DNA of 64,000 nucleotides from Azolla caroliniana (lineage: Eukaryota; Plantae; Polypodiophyta). The DNA lies in NCBI GenBank assembly GCA_043228905.1, contig JBHGNT010000158.1, positions 1 to 64,000 on the forward strand, given 5' to 3'. The notes under the pieces are model-generated. The model did no database searches and was not told the origin of the DNA. It saw only the letters and a list, made by a program, of their open reading frames with translations. Position 1 is the stretch's first letter; each line of letters opens with the position of its first letter. A program made the translations under genes and the position numbers. Shown piece after piece: positions 37,431 to 50,960 of this stretch.

Positions 37431-38885
37431 GTAAGGACACTCACCCCCCTCCCCCAACACACACATAATAGTCACATCATTATTACAAATTTTACTTGAG
37501 GATGAACAATCTCAGCCAATATCGGAGGTCTCCTGCAAAAGAATGTTCCGATCGAGTCACATTCCCCCTCCCCTATCGGGCAACAGAATGTTTTGATCAT
37601 CGTTTTTACTTGTGTATCATCGAATCGAGGCACATTGGCTCGCAGCGCAAGAACAATTTCTTAAAAGAAACACTGGGGATTAGGGGTTTCTCACCTTTAG
37701 GTTGTGTAATACTAATTTTTTATTTGTAATACATTGGTATAATACTAATTTTTTTGTTTCGTAAGTTAATTTTTGTTCGCTATGTGAGTATGTTATTACG
37801 ATTTGTTCCATGAGTGTCGATTGACGGAAGTTGATCATCACAATCCCAAGATAACAATCAACAGTAAAACATTGCAAAACTATGTGGTACTAGCTAGGAC
37901 CTGCCAACTTGTTTGGGGGAAAAACATGCATAATCTCTGAGTCTCTTGTGGTTTGAGTATTTTATATTTATCTTGTGTCCTTTTCTCAAGGCTGGTCATT
38001 GTGGTTAAGCACCCTTAATGCACTCTTCTCCTTATTCTCTTATTTTTCCCTTTGCCATTAGTTCGATCTAGAATATAACAGGTAAGGGTGAGGGAAATAA
38101 CATTAGCCAGACGGAGGCAAGCTGAGTTGACATACCATGGCTCAAGCCGCCACATTGTGGACTCCTATTAGGAACCTAATGAAAAGAGTTTTTCAATCTT
38201 AAGCATGTATTCCACAACCCTCTCCATGCCAATGATTTCGATAAGAGCCAATATTTAGTTTCAAGAAGTAGGATGATATATGACATTTGCATGTTAGCTT
38301 GGATCTTCATAAGAAAACATACATTTTTAAACTTATTATTATAAGTGAGCTTGGTGATCCACCTCCCCATATTTTAAACCTAGTATAGAGATGAGCATTG
38401 GTGGCACCAAAATTTCAAAGAGGTTGTCGTGATGGACCAAGAACATCTTCGGTAGGCCTGTACATTGGCTCGGGATGGTTCGGGATGGTGTAAAACTACC
38501 ATAGGCAATTGCAATAACGCTTGACATGGGAGAAATGCCCTTGGACAAAGGGGCAAAAGTAGGCCAATTGGGGAATGGTCATCCAATGAATTGAGAGGAA
38601 TGATGAGTCCCTTACTCGACCCATGGTCACTAGTACAGAAGGGTCGACAAAATATTGTAACAAACCAACAAAACAATGCATTAATTTGACTTGCACATAC
38701 GAATCCATGAGATGAGAACACACTTTTAAAACGTAGTACTCGAGCAACAATTAGCAAAATAATAAAATTGTGGTTGGATGGATTGAAGGGCAACATGATC
38801 ATGAGATCACAACAAAGTTGTGCTCTGATTTGTTCTCTTCCTGTTAAGACCTCCAAGGCTTACTAGTACTCTGAAGTGCTATAGG

Positions 38886-40769
38886 CTAGGCAGCATTACT
38901 GAGTGGAAGCAGCTGAAACCATTGTGCAGTTGGGTTGTCCACACAAACTTTAGCACTACTACCCTGACTATCAATTCCATGGCCATAATTAGGGCTCAGG
39001 TCTTGGCTACAGACGCAGGGGCGGGTGACAATGTCCGGGGCGGCGCCTCCATCCAGACAGAGCAGCGTACCCCCGAACCGAGTGGCGAATTGCATGCTCT
39101 CGGTCGAGTTGTGCAGCCAGGTAGTGACATTGTTGGAAATGGCTATGGCTTCTTCTGTGAGCTGCCCACTGGTTCTAATCGTGCTCTCCAGCACCACCGG
39201 GAGCCCGTCTCCCCGTGCCGAGATCCACCAAATCAATCCGCCGCCATCTTCCGCTTCCATCCGCGGCGGCGGCGCCGCCAAAGAGATGTAGCCGCCTCTG
39301 CCGCCGGAAGAGGAGGAGGAGGAGGAGGAGAACGGCGTGAAATTCCACTCGGAAACCTCGTGTTGCTGCGGTTGTCCGGAACTGGCCGTGCAGTCGTGGA
39401 GGAAGAGACCGCGGGCGGGCGCGATCTTGGCGTGAACACAGAGGCCCGTGGCGGCATTGAACAGGAGGAATCTGGGCGGCGCGGATCCAGAATCGCCGCC
39501 GCCATTGGAGGAGGAGGAGGATGTGAGGAGAGGCCTTTGGAGGGCCTGCAGGCGGCGGAGCAGCGAAGCATTCCGAGGCGCATCCCAGCCATGGTTGAAG
39601 AGGCCGAACATCTCATCGGCATCCAGGACGCCTTCGCGGAGGTAGTAGCTTCCCTGCAGAGCCCAGACGGCCCAGTCGAGGTCTCCGGCCGCCAGGATCG
39701 AGAAGAAGCAAGGCAAGAATCGGGCGTCGCTGCCGCTCGTGCCCCTCTCGTTCACGCCGAACTCGCTCACGAACAGCGGCCCCGTGAAGCTGCGGGTGGG
39801 CTGCCGTAGGAACCCGGCGGCGCTCTGGATCTGCGCCGTGATCGTGGCGCACTTCCTGTTCACGTCCGTGTTGAGGTAGGAGTCACCGTTGGTGAAGGAG
39901 TAGCGATGGATCTCGTACACGAACTTGTGGCGGAGGCCGGGGCTCTCGGAGAGGGATCTGTTGGCCAAGAAGCGGAGGTTTTGGTCGTAGCTGAGGCCGC
40001 CGTGGATGACCAGGAGGCGGGGATTGGCGGCGTGGATGGCGTCGGCGCCCAACTGCATGTACCGGTACCAGTCGGCGGCGTTTTGGCGGTGGCCGCGCAG
40101 CTCGTTGCGGAGGCTCATGGCGACCACGTGAGGGGAGGCGCGGAAGCGATGGGCGACGGCGGAGAGGGCGGCGAGCCATTCGTGGGGGTCGAAGAAACGG
40201 TCGCCCCAGAAGCCGTTGCCGTCGTCTTGGGCGCAGCACCAGCCGGGGAGGGAGAGCTGGTTGTCGAGGATGAGGAGGAGGCCATGGCGGGCGAGCTCGG
40301 AGGCGACGGCGGAGAAGGCGTCGGTGGTGGAGAGGTGGAGGAGGTGGGGGTTGTGGGCGCGGAGGCCGGCGAGGGCGTGGTGGAGGCGGAGGGAGGAGAA
40401 GGTGGCGGCGACGGAGGGGTTGGAGAGGGAGGCGTTGGTGAACATGGAGGTGGCGTAGGTGAGGCGGACGCAGTTGAAGCCCCAGCGGGCGATGGTGGCG
40501 GCGATGGCGGCGAGGGGACGTCTGTGGAGGCCTTCCGCCAGCATGGGCGGCAGGTGGGAGGCCCAGTTCACGCACGCCAGCTTCACGCGCCGCCCGGTGG
40601 CACTATCCACGATCCAGTGGCCGCGGGTGGACAGCACCGGCGCCGCCGGTGGAGGCGGCGGCGATGCCACGGAGGTGGCGCAACTCGCATGAAGAAGAAA
40701 AGGAAGAAGAAGAAGGAGGAGGAGGAGGAGGAGGAGGTTATTCCTATTATGGTAAGGCGAAGCAGCCAT
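38886..40769 (-). CDS. Secreted glycoside hydrolase family 5 (plant GH5_11-like) with a ricin-B-like C-terminal domain; intronless
   Basis: Signal peptide; LSTRGHWIVD...GRRVKLACVNW; acid/base MSLRNELRG; nucleophile FVSEFG; WALQGSYYLREG; Cys/Trp-containing C-terminus ending PTAQWF. Confidence 0.93.
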   Translation of the reverse strand: MAASPYHNRNNLLLLLLLLLLLPFLLHASCATSVASPPPPPAAPVLSTRGHWIVDSATGRRVKLACVNWASHLPPMLAEGLHRRPLAAIAATIARWGFNCVRLTYATSMFTNASLSNPSVAATFSSLRLHHALAGLRAHNPHLLHLSTTDAFSAVASELARHGLLLILDNQLSLPGWCCAQDDGNGFWGDRFFDPHEWLAALSAVAHRFRASPHVVAMSLRNELRGHRQNAADWYRYMQLGADAIHAANPRLLVIHGGLSYDQNLRFLANRSLSESPGLRHKFVYEIHRYSFTNGDSYLNTDVNRKCATITAQIQSAAGFLRQPTRSFTGPLFVSEFGVNERGTSGSDARFLPCFFSILAAGDLDWAVWALQGSYYLREGVLDADEMFGLFNHGWDAPRNASLLRRLQALQRPLLTSSSSSNGGGDSGSAPPRFLLFNAATGLCVHAKIAPARGLFLHDCTASSGQPQQHEVSEWNFTPFSSSSSSSSGGRGGYISLAAPPPRMEAEDGGGLIWWISARGDGLPVVLESTIRTSGQLTEEAIAISNNVTTWLHNSTESMQFATRFGGTLLCLDGGAAPDIVTRPCVCSQDLSPNYGHGIDSQGSSAKVCVDNPTAQWFQLLPLSNAA

Positions 40770-42499
40770 TTTGGGAGGGAGGATTACTATATTTAGGGCA
40801 ACCATGTTTTGAGTAAATTTATTAGTGAGTGTGAGGAGAGAAAGGTCTACGGTTCGAATCCTCAAACTTTTCACCAAACCCTCCTAACACCCCCCTTTAC
40901 TAATCCACACACACACACACACACACACTATTACATCTGCATTCCTTTTTCTTGACCAATTTATAAGCTCTTTAATGTCCTCCCTAATCCAAACACGCAC
41001 ACATGCGCACATATTCATCCCCAATCCTCACTTGTATCGAACAACTAGCTCTCTCTCTCTCTCTCATGGGCCAAATTTGGCCTTAGAAGACGTTAATATA
41101 TCTTTCTTTCTTTCTTCTTTCTCTCTCTCACTTGCACACACACATCTCCTTTGCCACCCCTCGACTCATTCCTCCCTTCACACGACACGCCAATGTAGCA
41201 TAAGTAAAACATATAGATAAAGAGTCCCCTTCTGGCCTTGCCTCTCTTTTTTTACTTCACGGTTCCCAAATCAGGGGTAACATGCCGTCTCAAAACACGA
41301 GAACAACCCCCACGAGCCTTCTTGTGTGACACATTGCTTGCTTGGGAAGAAGAACAATAACAAAACTGTCACGGTTTCGATTACGTCGCATACGATACAA
41401 ACCCCCGGATAATGTTGGTGGGGCTACACTAAATTTCAAGGAGCCTTCGTCATGCATAAATGCACCATCCCCCGAATGTAGCTTTCAAAATATAATCATG
41501 TGATTGAAGTGATTAAAACTGGTCGCTCACAATTTTACCATGTTCTTTTGGAACGAAACTCGTTGTTCAGGCATTTCTGTCTTCAAATGAAGCCTTTCTA
41601 TTTCTTTCAAAGGCTATATAAGAATGGAGATCTAATACCTCAAACTCTACGTTAAAGATTGAATTCTGTATATTGATGCCTTTAAGCAACTTAGAGAATT
41701 ATGAGGGGCCTTGCCTAAACTTGTTGCTGATTGAATGTAAAGTTTCATGTGAAGCATTACCTTGGGCTTCAAATCAAAGCCTTATGCCAAGGTGCTTCGT
41801 CACAAAGAGTTAGGACGGGCCCTTCGATTGAAAAGAAAAGGAAACAACTCATTCCTTCAAATACTTGGGGTGGGTGAAATCTTCTTTGAGAGGAATCCTC
41901 CAGTCTCCTCTAGGTTTTGGAGTTGAAGCAATATTTTTTAGAAAATGTTATTGTGTTGTTTCTAAGTACTAGTCATTGATGCATACATACACTTATGAGA
42001 CATGTAAGTTTAAAAATTGTGGCCACCCTAGCTATCCTTTGTGTGTTCAGAAGCAACTCTACAAAAGAACAATAATTTTGGAAGGAATTAAAGACAACAT
42101 GCTTTTGTACTAAGAGGCTTAACTCCCAATAAAGAATGCAATGTTTAGAAGAAACTAAAAAACCTAGTTATGTTGTGTTTAGAAGCATCATCAATAGTAA
42201 GAAATATTAATTTGTATAAGGAATTTAGGGAAAAATAACATGTGAAGAAATACTGATTTGTAAAAGGAATCTAGAGAAAAATAAGATGTGGATGTTAGAA
42301 GTATTACTACCAAACAAGTCTAATTGTAGAGAGGGCGGGAGAGAGTAGATTAGATATTTTATCCTCCATGATGAGGCCAAATTTGACCAAATGGAACCAA
42401 ATCAACATGTCATCTTGACCTGTGGCCCCTCCCTAGAAGTGGTGGTTACTACTATGTAGTAAAAACTCTCAATTTGAAAATAATGCACACACATATGTG

Positions 42500-42720
42500 C
42501 TCACCCTTCTGGATGGAAATTTGAGTATGAGATTCACATTATCATATGCCCATCTAACAAGTCATCATATTTCTCGCCAATTACCTTATACGTTGAGCAT
42601 GCAATACGTAAGTGATATTCATCCTTCACTAGGTTTTCTTTGCATACCGTGCATATATCTTCATGTTTCCGTGATGATGCCATGATGCTAGAGAGGGAGA
42701 GGGGGAGGGTTCCAACTTGC
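42500..42720 (-). mobile_element. LINE 3'-end remnant (C-terminal CCHC zinc knuckle)
   Basis: EDICTVCKENLVKDEYHLRIACSTYKVIGEKY fits the LINE CxxC...EDEYH...C..Y..IR motif. Confidence 0.6.
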
Positions 42721-45700
42721 AATTAGCAATATAAAGGACAAATGTTCAAAGACAGATAAAGTTGATACATATGAGAAGGTCAAGCATTCAACCCCTATGT
42801 TTTGTAGAGGCATATAACAAAGTTAATAAAACCTTAACTTTGTGAAAACTAAACTATAAAATGCAGAGGAAGACATGGACAATAAGTTTTATAGATGTTC
42901 GCGGAATGAGGCATCACAAAGAACATGCCCTCACTTGCAGTTCAACAACCTTATGTATAACATGTATCATCCCTCTATTCAAAAGGGATTGAATGAACTA
43001 AACTCCTTTCTAATAAGATACATTTGTAAAAAACATTTCTTTGCTTTCCCTTCTATAAGTTTACTTCACATAAATTGTCATATATTGAACTTAATTCGCT
43101 ATGAATAATAACTCTTTTTTATGTGTTTCTAATCAGGATATATAAACTTAGCTTTGTTGATATCTATCATGTATTAATTGAGCTGTTATAAATACAATTA
43201 CTAGAAACTGATGTCTTCCTAAAAAACCACGTGTATTTATCCGATGTTGTAGGTGGCGGATTTATCAGCCACCACGTTGGTTGTTCCCTCCGAGTGTACC
43301 TAACATATAGATGGGTGTTGCCACGTGAAGAGATTGGAGGATGTCTATGCTGAATTTGAGTTTTATGAGGCTCACGTTGAGGGTATGCGGCCGAGTAATT
43401 CTATGCTCGGCAGATGATGTGGTGATTAGGGGTTTTTTGTTGATTCCTTTATACATGTTGTTTTCTTTTTCGCCATGCAAGTTGGCTTGTAAGATGTATA
43501 TTATAATACGTACATACATTGTCTTAACTAATGGAAGTAGTTTTTTTTGGACAAAGAAAAGCCCACATGTGTTAGATCTCAATATGCCCATAATATACAT
43601 ATAGGTCTAACAATTGAACTCAAATAGCTTCATTTCATCCTTTTCTCAACATAATATCGAACAAGACCACACCATGTAAGACAAAAAAGAATCATAGGTT
43701 ATCCTACTATTGTTTTGAATTCACTTCCCTTAGAGAAAGGCATATAAATTTACATTTCTTTGACTTCATCCATTTCGTAGCATCACAACATTGTTTTAGA
43801 ACTTAATATGCAAAGCTATGATAATTGTTTAATTGTTGTATCCTCAATGGATGCAAGGCCTTTTCGTTTGGAATATCAAGTTAATATGCATTCCTTACTA
43901 CAAATATTTTGGGTTATCAAAGATATCTACATGCATAAGCAAAAGGAGATTACTATCACATTATGAAATATTGCTCCTTAGACCATGAGTGATCCAAGCC
44001 TCAAGGTGAGGATGGCATTAGCTTGCAATATATCGAAACTGAATTCTAAAGTTGGTCAAAGCAATCTCTCACTTGTAAGGGGGCTTGAAAGTCTGATAAT
44101 ACAATGGAAAATGCGCCTAACTCATTAAAGATTCTTGACCTCAATGCAACAACACAACCAACAATAGAAGCTATGGCTATGAATCAATTGATTTCATTAC
44201 AACACACCATTAACAATCTAGGGGAAGAGTTGCAAGAATTCATGATAGAAAATGGAAAATTCAAGGTTTTTGCTTGAGATGCAATCCACACAACTCACAC
44301 AACATAAGAACGAGGTGAAACAATGTAAGCAAGCATGTGTGGGCGTAAATAGAATACTCATTGAAAGAGGATAAGTAAAATGAAGAATGTAAGCCCCGTA
44401 ACATCATGGGCTAATGTATGCATAAGACAAATTTGTCATCTTTTTATCACCCCATTATGCAAACACAAATTGAAATCAAAGGTGAGAAAATCCGAGCACA
44501 TTGTCATTGACAAGATCCAAGAGGAGAATATGCGAACACCTACGTCACTTAGAAATGCCATTGGGGAATTCTTATACATGCTATGACATGCCAAGAGTGA
44601 ATGTTTATGGGGCACATTAGAGTCCAGAAACAAGGTGCTTGTCACTCAAGAAAAAGGCCTATTGTATGCACAATGGTTGACAAAACAAAGAGAGATAGAA
44701 ATTATTTGGATCTACCTAAAAGGTACACAATGCATCATGTTAAAGGACATAACCTTCTCTCTTTTTGTCTCTCTCATCCACTCTAACCACATTGACAGCT
44801 AGCTATCGTGACACATTCACATTATAATACCCACGCAATGACAATGGTAATAATGTACAAAGAACCTACACCAAAGTTAGTGACACCTAACCTTGAGCAA
44901 AACTGAAAAACGTTTGCACAAAACAGGAAACTAAAGAGAATGAAATCATTGATTTGAGGAAGAATACAATATTAAGAGCATAGGGATGATTCACAAAAAT
45001 ATTATATTGTTATCCCCTCTTCGGCACATTTTGTTTGAATGATCAACCCATTGAACTATGCATGATGTTGATTTCTATATATTTTAAAATTCCACTTGTA
45101 AGTAGAGGGAGGGGGGTTCCAATTTCACAACTATCTGTTTCTTTTAGTTAGTGTTTAGGGTGTAAGAGTTCTGAAAGTATAGACTCGTTAACAGGATTGT
45201 CATGGAATACGTTTCCTTTCCACGAGGGCCAGCAAGAGTTAGCAGCCATGAAACTGTTTTCTTTCCAGTGAGTTCAGTTGAATTTCATGATAATCTAATC
45301 CAGCTGTTAGGTTGGTATGCTTAAAAAACAATATCATTTTACACGAACCAAGTAATCATAATTTTCACCGATTAAACTAAACTATATATATCTGTAATTG
45401 AATCATCACTTTCAACAAAAGGTTTGCCATATATATACATACATATATATAGATAAATATTGTTCAAGTTCCAAACTAAAATAAAACAACAGAACAAACA
45501 ATACCTTCTTCAGAGACATGCTTAAAATTATCCTCATTCAGGTAGGTTTATGTACATGCTTCTATTTTACATCGGTGCACATCAAGTGCCTTGTTCTGAA
45601 ATAATAATAGGATTTATACCCAGCCATGTAGCATATGATCTACGCAATCACACTAACATATCCAGACCTGTATGGTACTCACCTGAATTGAGGTATTTGT

Positions 45701-45760
45701 ATAGTTATGAGCAGCCAGTGTACAATATGAATAAACTGAATGTGGAATCAAAGTTTATTA

Positions 45761-47930
45761 TTATTTGGCATATTTTGGAGCTGGATAAGGTGGAAGCCCT
45801 GTGATCCTCCTGTCCTCCACAGGAGCACCAACTGTAAAATGATACAGGCTCTGGAACTCCTTTCCCGTCAATCCAAGAATATCATGAACTGCAGAATCAT
45901 AAGAGAACACATACTGTTTACACACAGAAGAAACCAGAAAATGAGAAGCACACAATTGCATATGTGAGAAGAAGACAAGACACCTGGATCATCAAAATAA
46001 CATCCTATGCCTGTGGCAGCAATGCCGACGGCATGAGCCTCGAGGTATAGCAGCTGTCCAAGTACTCCACACTCCCAAAACAACCGAGGATACATCCATG
46101 CGCCCCTGTCGTTCAATACCTCAAACCTTGCTATCATCCCCAGACTAAAGCAACCGAAGGCTGCTATTTCCTGGGAGTTATGACTTATGTTAGAACCATT
46201 CACTTCAAAATGTGCGACGGCAAAGATATTCATTACATAAAGACGGGCAAAACCACGACAAAGACCTGATGGCATGAAAGTTGCATTGCTAGGTTCTCGC
46301 AATTGCCTTCAACCAGTTGATAAAGAGGCAAATTCTCTGGGCATCCATCAGGTTTCTCCCACATGAAGTCATGCCTTAGTGACTTCCTGATCTTTGGCTC
46401 ATGTTCTGAGTTTCTAACAAGGATATATAAACCTTTGGAAAGATCCTTTACTTTATGCACAAAGATGGCCATGTGTACCTCTGCCTTCCAAGGTAGGATC
46501 CTGAATGGAATCTGTGCAGTTTCTCCCTGAAGTTTCTCGTTAGGACCAGATGGCAATGTCTTCAACATGATCTGATAGAAAGCTTCGGCAGACATGACAT
46601 GCGTTTCATCCATATTTACTGCACTACGTCTCTTAATAATAACATGGCGCAGAGTGTGAGATGGCTTGTAGATACCATTAAATAATCCTGTTTGTGGTGG
46701 TATGACCTTTGTAGACACAAGAGAGGGTGCTGTAGCTTTCTTCGCAGCTGAGGCAGCATTGTCGATGATATCCCACCACATGTGGTCTTTGCTCAGACGA
46801 TTAGGCTGCCCAGCCCATGTAACTTGGGACATTCTGGGGCCAAGGGTTTGCACAAGAGGCAGAGATGGGATGATGGCATTCCTTATCCCACAATGTCCAG
46901 ATTCTGTGGTGATAGGAAAACAAGCAACCAAGCAGTCCGCATGCTCTTGTTCAAGCTGAGGATATGTCCCTTTTCTAGGCGAGCCCTTTGGGATGGTTTC
47001 ACGCTCATAGACTCCGAGTATGCGATCAAGGTCTTCATTGCCCCACCCATCCAAGAGTATAGCATCCCATCCGAGCCCAGCTCCAGCCATGGAGATTGCC
47101 CCAAGGGCGTGGCCTATGTCATGGTTACAGTACCTGAAAGCCCTTTCCCCATATTTCCAAGACTCTCGCCAGAATATGGATGTCAATCCGAGGAACAACA
47201 CACCATCAGGGAGGTCTTTGCTCATGTCCACCCACAGATGGTCTGGAATCTCACATCTGATCTCGAGGGCATGCTCTCTAGGGTAATAATGGGCAATAAA
47301 GGGCTTGTCAGATATACCTGTAATGGCGCTTCCGATAAGATATACTTCGGTTGGATGCAGATTTCCACTGCTAGGGTTCACCCGCAGAGACCACGTTGAC
47401 ATCCCCGCTTTCTTCCATGCTGAAAGGGAGAAACTGTCGTAGAGAAGTCGGGAAATGGTCTCTTTTGAAGGAGGGGAAGCGTTCCCTTGGAAGTTGGAGA
47501 ATGCATCAGAATAGGGCATATCCTCAGAGCCGTGGTTTTCCGGAGGGAAATGAAGCAGAGGAACCCTCTGAGCTCCATCATAGTGCCGAAATGGGGCTGG
47601 CTGATTCGCCCAGTCGAGACCATGGGGGCCATCTGCATATTTGCGAAAGGAATGCTTCGTCTTGTCGTGGTAGAATTTTAGGGTTTCGATGGCGGGGGCG
47701 TGCAGGGGAGGAGGATCCAGAAGAGGGGCCTGGGGGTGTGCGGAATTGGAGAGGCTGCAAGAGAAGGGAGAGATGGAGGAAGAGAAAGAAGAAGCCATAG
47801 CAGAAGCAGAAGCAGCCCTCTGCGGATTGATGGTATGCAAGAGGAGGAGATGGCGATGGTGATGGTGGTGCAACAGAGTAGGGGTCTTCCTGCCACTATG
47901 GCCGAAAGTCTTCAGAAGCTGCACAACCAT
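45761..47930 (-). CDS. Nitroreductase-superfamily SagB/ThcOx-like FMN-dependent oxidoreductase (At1g02020-like), 3 exons, probably organelle-targeted
   Basis: Exons about 47930-46266, 46171-45984 and 45889-45761. YHDKTKHSF..YADGPHGLDWANQP, WSLRVNPSSGNLHPTEVY, FWRESWKYGERAFRYCNHDIGH, RRSAV, YPRLFWECGVLGQLLYLEA, TGIGCYFDDPVH and FQSLYHFTVG. Alternative ATG at 47798. Confidence 0.92.
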
Positions 47931-48362
47931 CTCTCATCACATTCTCTCTCTTTCAGAAAGAAGAAGAAGAAGAAGAAAGGATACTAATGGTATGAAGTAT
48001 GTATGAAAGAGGCGAGAGATTTCGGTTTCGAACCCACGACGTGTTGCTTCCGGTACACAAGTATATTGAGGGAGAGTGGGGATCCAAATCCAATTTGATA
48101 ATGTGAAAAGGCCCATTGGAACTAACATGGAGGAATGAATGAATGGTTTAGCCATAAAGTGTCCACGACGGACATCAAGTGAGCGTGTTGCCCGTCACAA
48201 CGTGTATGTGTCTCTCTCTCTCTCTCTCTCGGCTTACATCCATACCATGCCATCCATCGCCTCTCTTCTACTCTTGCTTTGAAACATATCAATTCTCTCG
48301 CTCAAAGAATAACCAATCTTCCGCCATTTGCCGACACCCCCAAGGCTTTATCTCCTCCAAGT

Positions 48363-49077
48363 TAGCAGTCAGAATTGAACTCTGAAATTGCGTCTTAACG
48401 GCTTAACGGTTCTGTTCGGGTTCATGTTTTTGTAAATGGTTTGGTTTCGGCTTGGGCATTTAATGATTCAGTTCGGGTTCATGTTTTTGTAAACGGTTTG
48501 GTTTCGGCTTGGGCATTTAATGATTCAATTTGGGTTCAGGTTTTTATAAACGGTTTGGTTTCAGCTTGGGTGTTTAATGGTTTGGTTCGGTTTCAAGTTT
48601 CTCTAAACAATTTGGTTTTCGTTTGGGTAGGTTTTTGTAAACGATTCAGTTTCAATTTCGGTTTTTAATGGTTCCGATCAGGTTCAAGTTTTTTGTAAAT
48701 AGTTCGGTTTCGGTTTGGGGTTTTAATGGTTTAGTTCGAGCCTTTATTGGTTTTCGGTTTAAACAATTTCAAACCGTGGTTTGAAGGGTTTGATGGTTTA
48801 GGATTGGCACTCGATAATTTTCTTGAATATTATTTTTAACATTTTAGGCCTAATTTTGATCTTTTAAGAAAAACCTTTAAATTTTGAAAATTTAAATTAA
48901 AAATATTAGAAAATTTAAAAAAATTTAAATTAAAATGCGAAATTTTGAATTTTGGCCTATAACTTGAAAACCAAAACCAAACCACGAAAACCATAATTTT
49001 AACGGTTTAAAGGTTTAAAGGTTTTTGAAATCTTTAAAACCATTTGGTTCCAACTTGAATTTTTTGTAACTGATGTT
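48363..49077. mobile_element. Older, inverted relative of the 33043 MITE with an expanded 57-bp subterminal array
   Basis: 48950-49010 matches the reverse complement of 33137-33190, and 48384-48420 resembles the reverse complement of 33361-33390. A 57-bp unit TTCGGGTTCATGTTTTTGTAAAYGG... occurs about 5 times; TIRs are decayed. Confidence 0.7.
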
Positions 49078-49794
49078 TCCGTGAGTCCAATTTCTAAAAA
49101 TGCAGTCATGAACAAGAGAAAGATTTCTACTATCATGACAGATCAGTGCAAACTGCTGAACTTGTCCCAAGCTGATGCAATAAATGGAAACAGCCATCTC
49201 AAAACTAGCAAGTAATTGCCGGTAATAACATACAAACAGTAGAGCATTTTTTTCAGGTCGTGCGTGTATAGATATTCTTTTCTGTTCCATGAACGGCAAA
49301 AGTGCCTTAAAATACTTGATGTAGGATTGTACATGAACTGCTTGTGAAGTTTCTCGCATCCTAGTCTTAGTATCAACCTGTACAAAACTATTTGATCACA
49401 ATCATGTAATGAAGAATTTATTGGCATACATTCTTGTTGGTGTTGAAGCTGTCTTTATCGTGTTACTGCTGATGTTGAGAAAATGAGTGTATACCCCCAT
49501 ACTTAACACATGGATTCGATGCCGCCATTCAATACTATGCTAGAAAACAGATTCATAAATAGGAATGATTCTGTCTACCCAATGATATCGGTGTGATATG
49601 TTTAGGGTTTCGGTTTGCTGTATAATTTCTTGAGCATGATTAGTGTCGGATGCATATTATTAAGGAGATATTTGTAAATCTCTTAAAGGCAAATTTCTTT
49701 TTCAAATTCTCAAAAGCTTTGGTTTCTTTTGTAGCTATCCCTTGATTAAGACATTATAATCATTTCACTCGGGCAACATTAAATTGTATGGTAA

Positions 49795-50026
49795 GATAAT
49801 TGGAAAACTTGCTTATACTTCGTGCTTCCTGAGCTGCAGCCACAATATGCTTTACAAATATTTACTGATAGCCGAATATCAAGCTAATGTGCTATTTAGC
49901 TGAAGGGTAGTAAAATAATTGGAAAACTTGCTTATACTTCGAGCTGCCTGAGGTGCACCCACAACATGCTTTACAAATATTTACTTATATTCACAATATG
50001 CTAATGTGCTATTTAGCTGAAGGGTA
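49795..50026. repeat. About 119-bp tandem duplication
   Basis: ATAATTGGAAAACTTGCTTATACTTCG...GCTATTTAGCTGAAGGGTA occurs twice. Confidence 0.9.
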
Positions 50027-50099
50027 TTTGGGAAGAATTAATCGATGTAAATTTCTCTCATCAATGGGTTCTTAAAGAGTATATTTTCAAAATGATAGG

Positions 50100-50900
50100 G
50101 GAAGATAGAAATTTTTGTAGTTATTGTAGTCTTGGACACTTCAAACTTTATTACCCTTCCATTAAGGTTGCTTTGCCATTTCCATGTTACTATTCTTGCA
50201 GTCTTCAATAAAGCAGGGATAGTTTCACTATTCTTTTTCATTGGGCCCTCATTAATGGTGTTTTACCCTGCTCCTGACTTTGTTTGTATGTCTCTGTACT
50301 AAACATGAAGCGCCTATTCTAACTGTCTTCAAATTGATCTCGCCATTCAAGATGCGCCATGGATTTCCCTTTGCACTATTCCTTGTTTTTCCGTTGACAA
50401 TATCGCCCCCAGTTATGAAGTGGGGGTTTGACTATCATGATGTCTTATCAAGAGCCCTGAACGAAAAATGAATGTTGTGGCCCTTGGTTCATCTCAGGAA
50501 GGGAATAGGATGACAGGTCCTGTGGGAATTGCATTTTTAAATGTTGCAGTGGTTCACGCACCATATTTAACTCAAACAGCTGGCATTAATCTCCTGGTTC
50601 CCATATGTATAATGACTTCCACATGAATTTCAGGGACACGCTGCAGCAGAACAATGTCTCCTCACCTTGCCTTGAATGGCATCCATTCCACTTCCATTAG
50701 ATGAGAGGTCTTATGGGAACTGCATTTTTAAACATTGCGGTGGTTCTCGCACCACATTTAACTCAAACAGCTGGCATTACTCTTCAGGAAATCCGCAGGT
50801 AGTTCCCGTATGTATAATGATCTCCATGTGAATTTGAGGGAAGTGCCGTAGCAGAGCAATGTCACCTCATCTCACATTGGAGTGCTTCCATTCCAGTTCT
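50100..50900 (-). pseudogene. Possible PPR relic containing an approximately 190-bp duplication, downstream of the PPR gene
   Basis: Duplicated blocks at about 50524-50700 and 50715-50895; broken peptides HSRQGEETLFC and CKNSNMEMAK resemble PPR and E-domain motifs. Confidence 0.35.
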
Positions 50901-50960
50901 GGAGTTCACTATCCATATGGCATGATGCAATTGTGCAACCTGTTCTGTACCAAGCTAAGA

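Noticed and set aside
38200-38800. Possible Gypsy integrase zinc-finger remnant
   Set aside because: Similarity is too weak to support without a search.
38922-40796. Long ORFs of 230-296 aa overlapping GH5
   Set aside because: Shadow ORFs caused by high GC3; no independent motifs.
43240-45130. Possible LTR/Copia debris, with a purine tract + GTTCCAA motif shared between about 42700 and 45110
   Set aside because: No TG...CA pair, TSD or clear protein motif could be identified.
35363-47930. DUF1191 + GH5 + SagB-like genes as a biosynthetic (RiPP-like) cluster
   Set aside because: No YcaO, BURP, peptidase or convincing precursor gene; all three families are widespread standalone plant genes.
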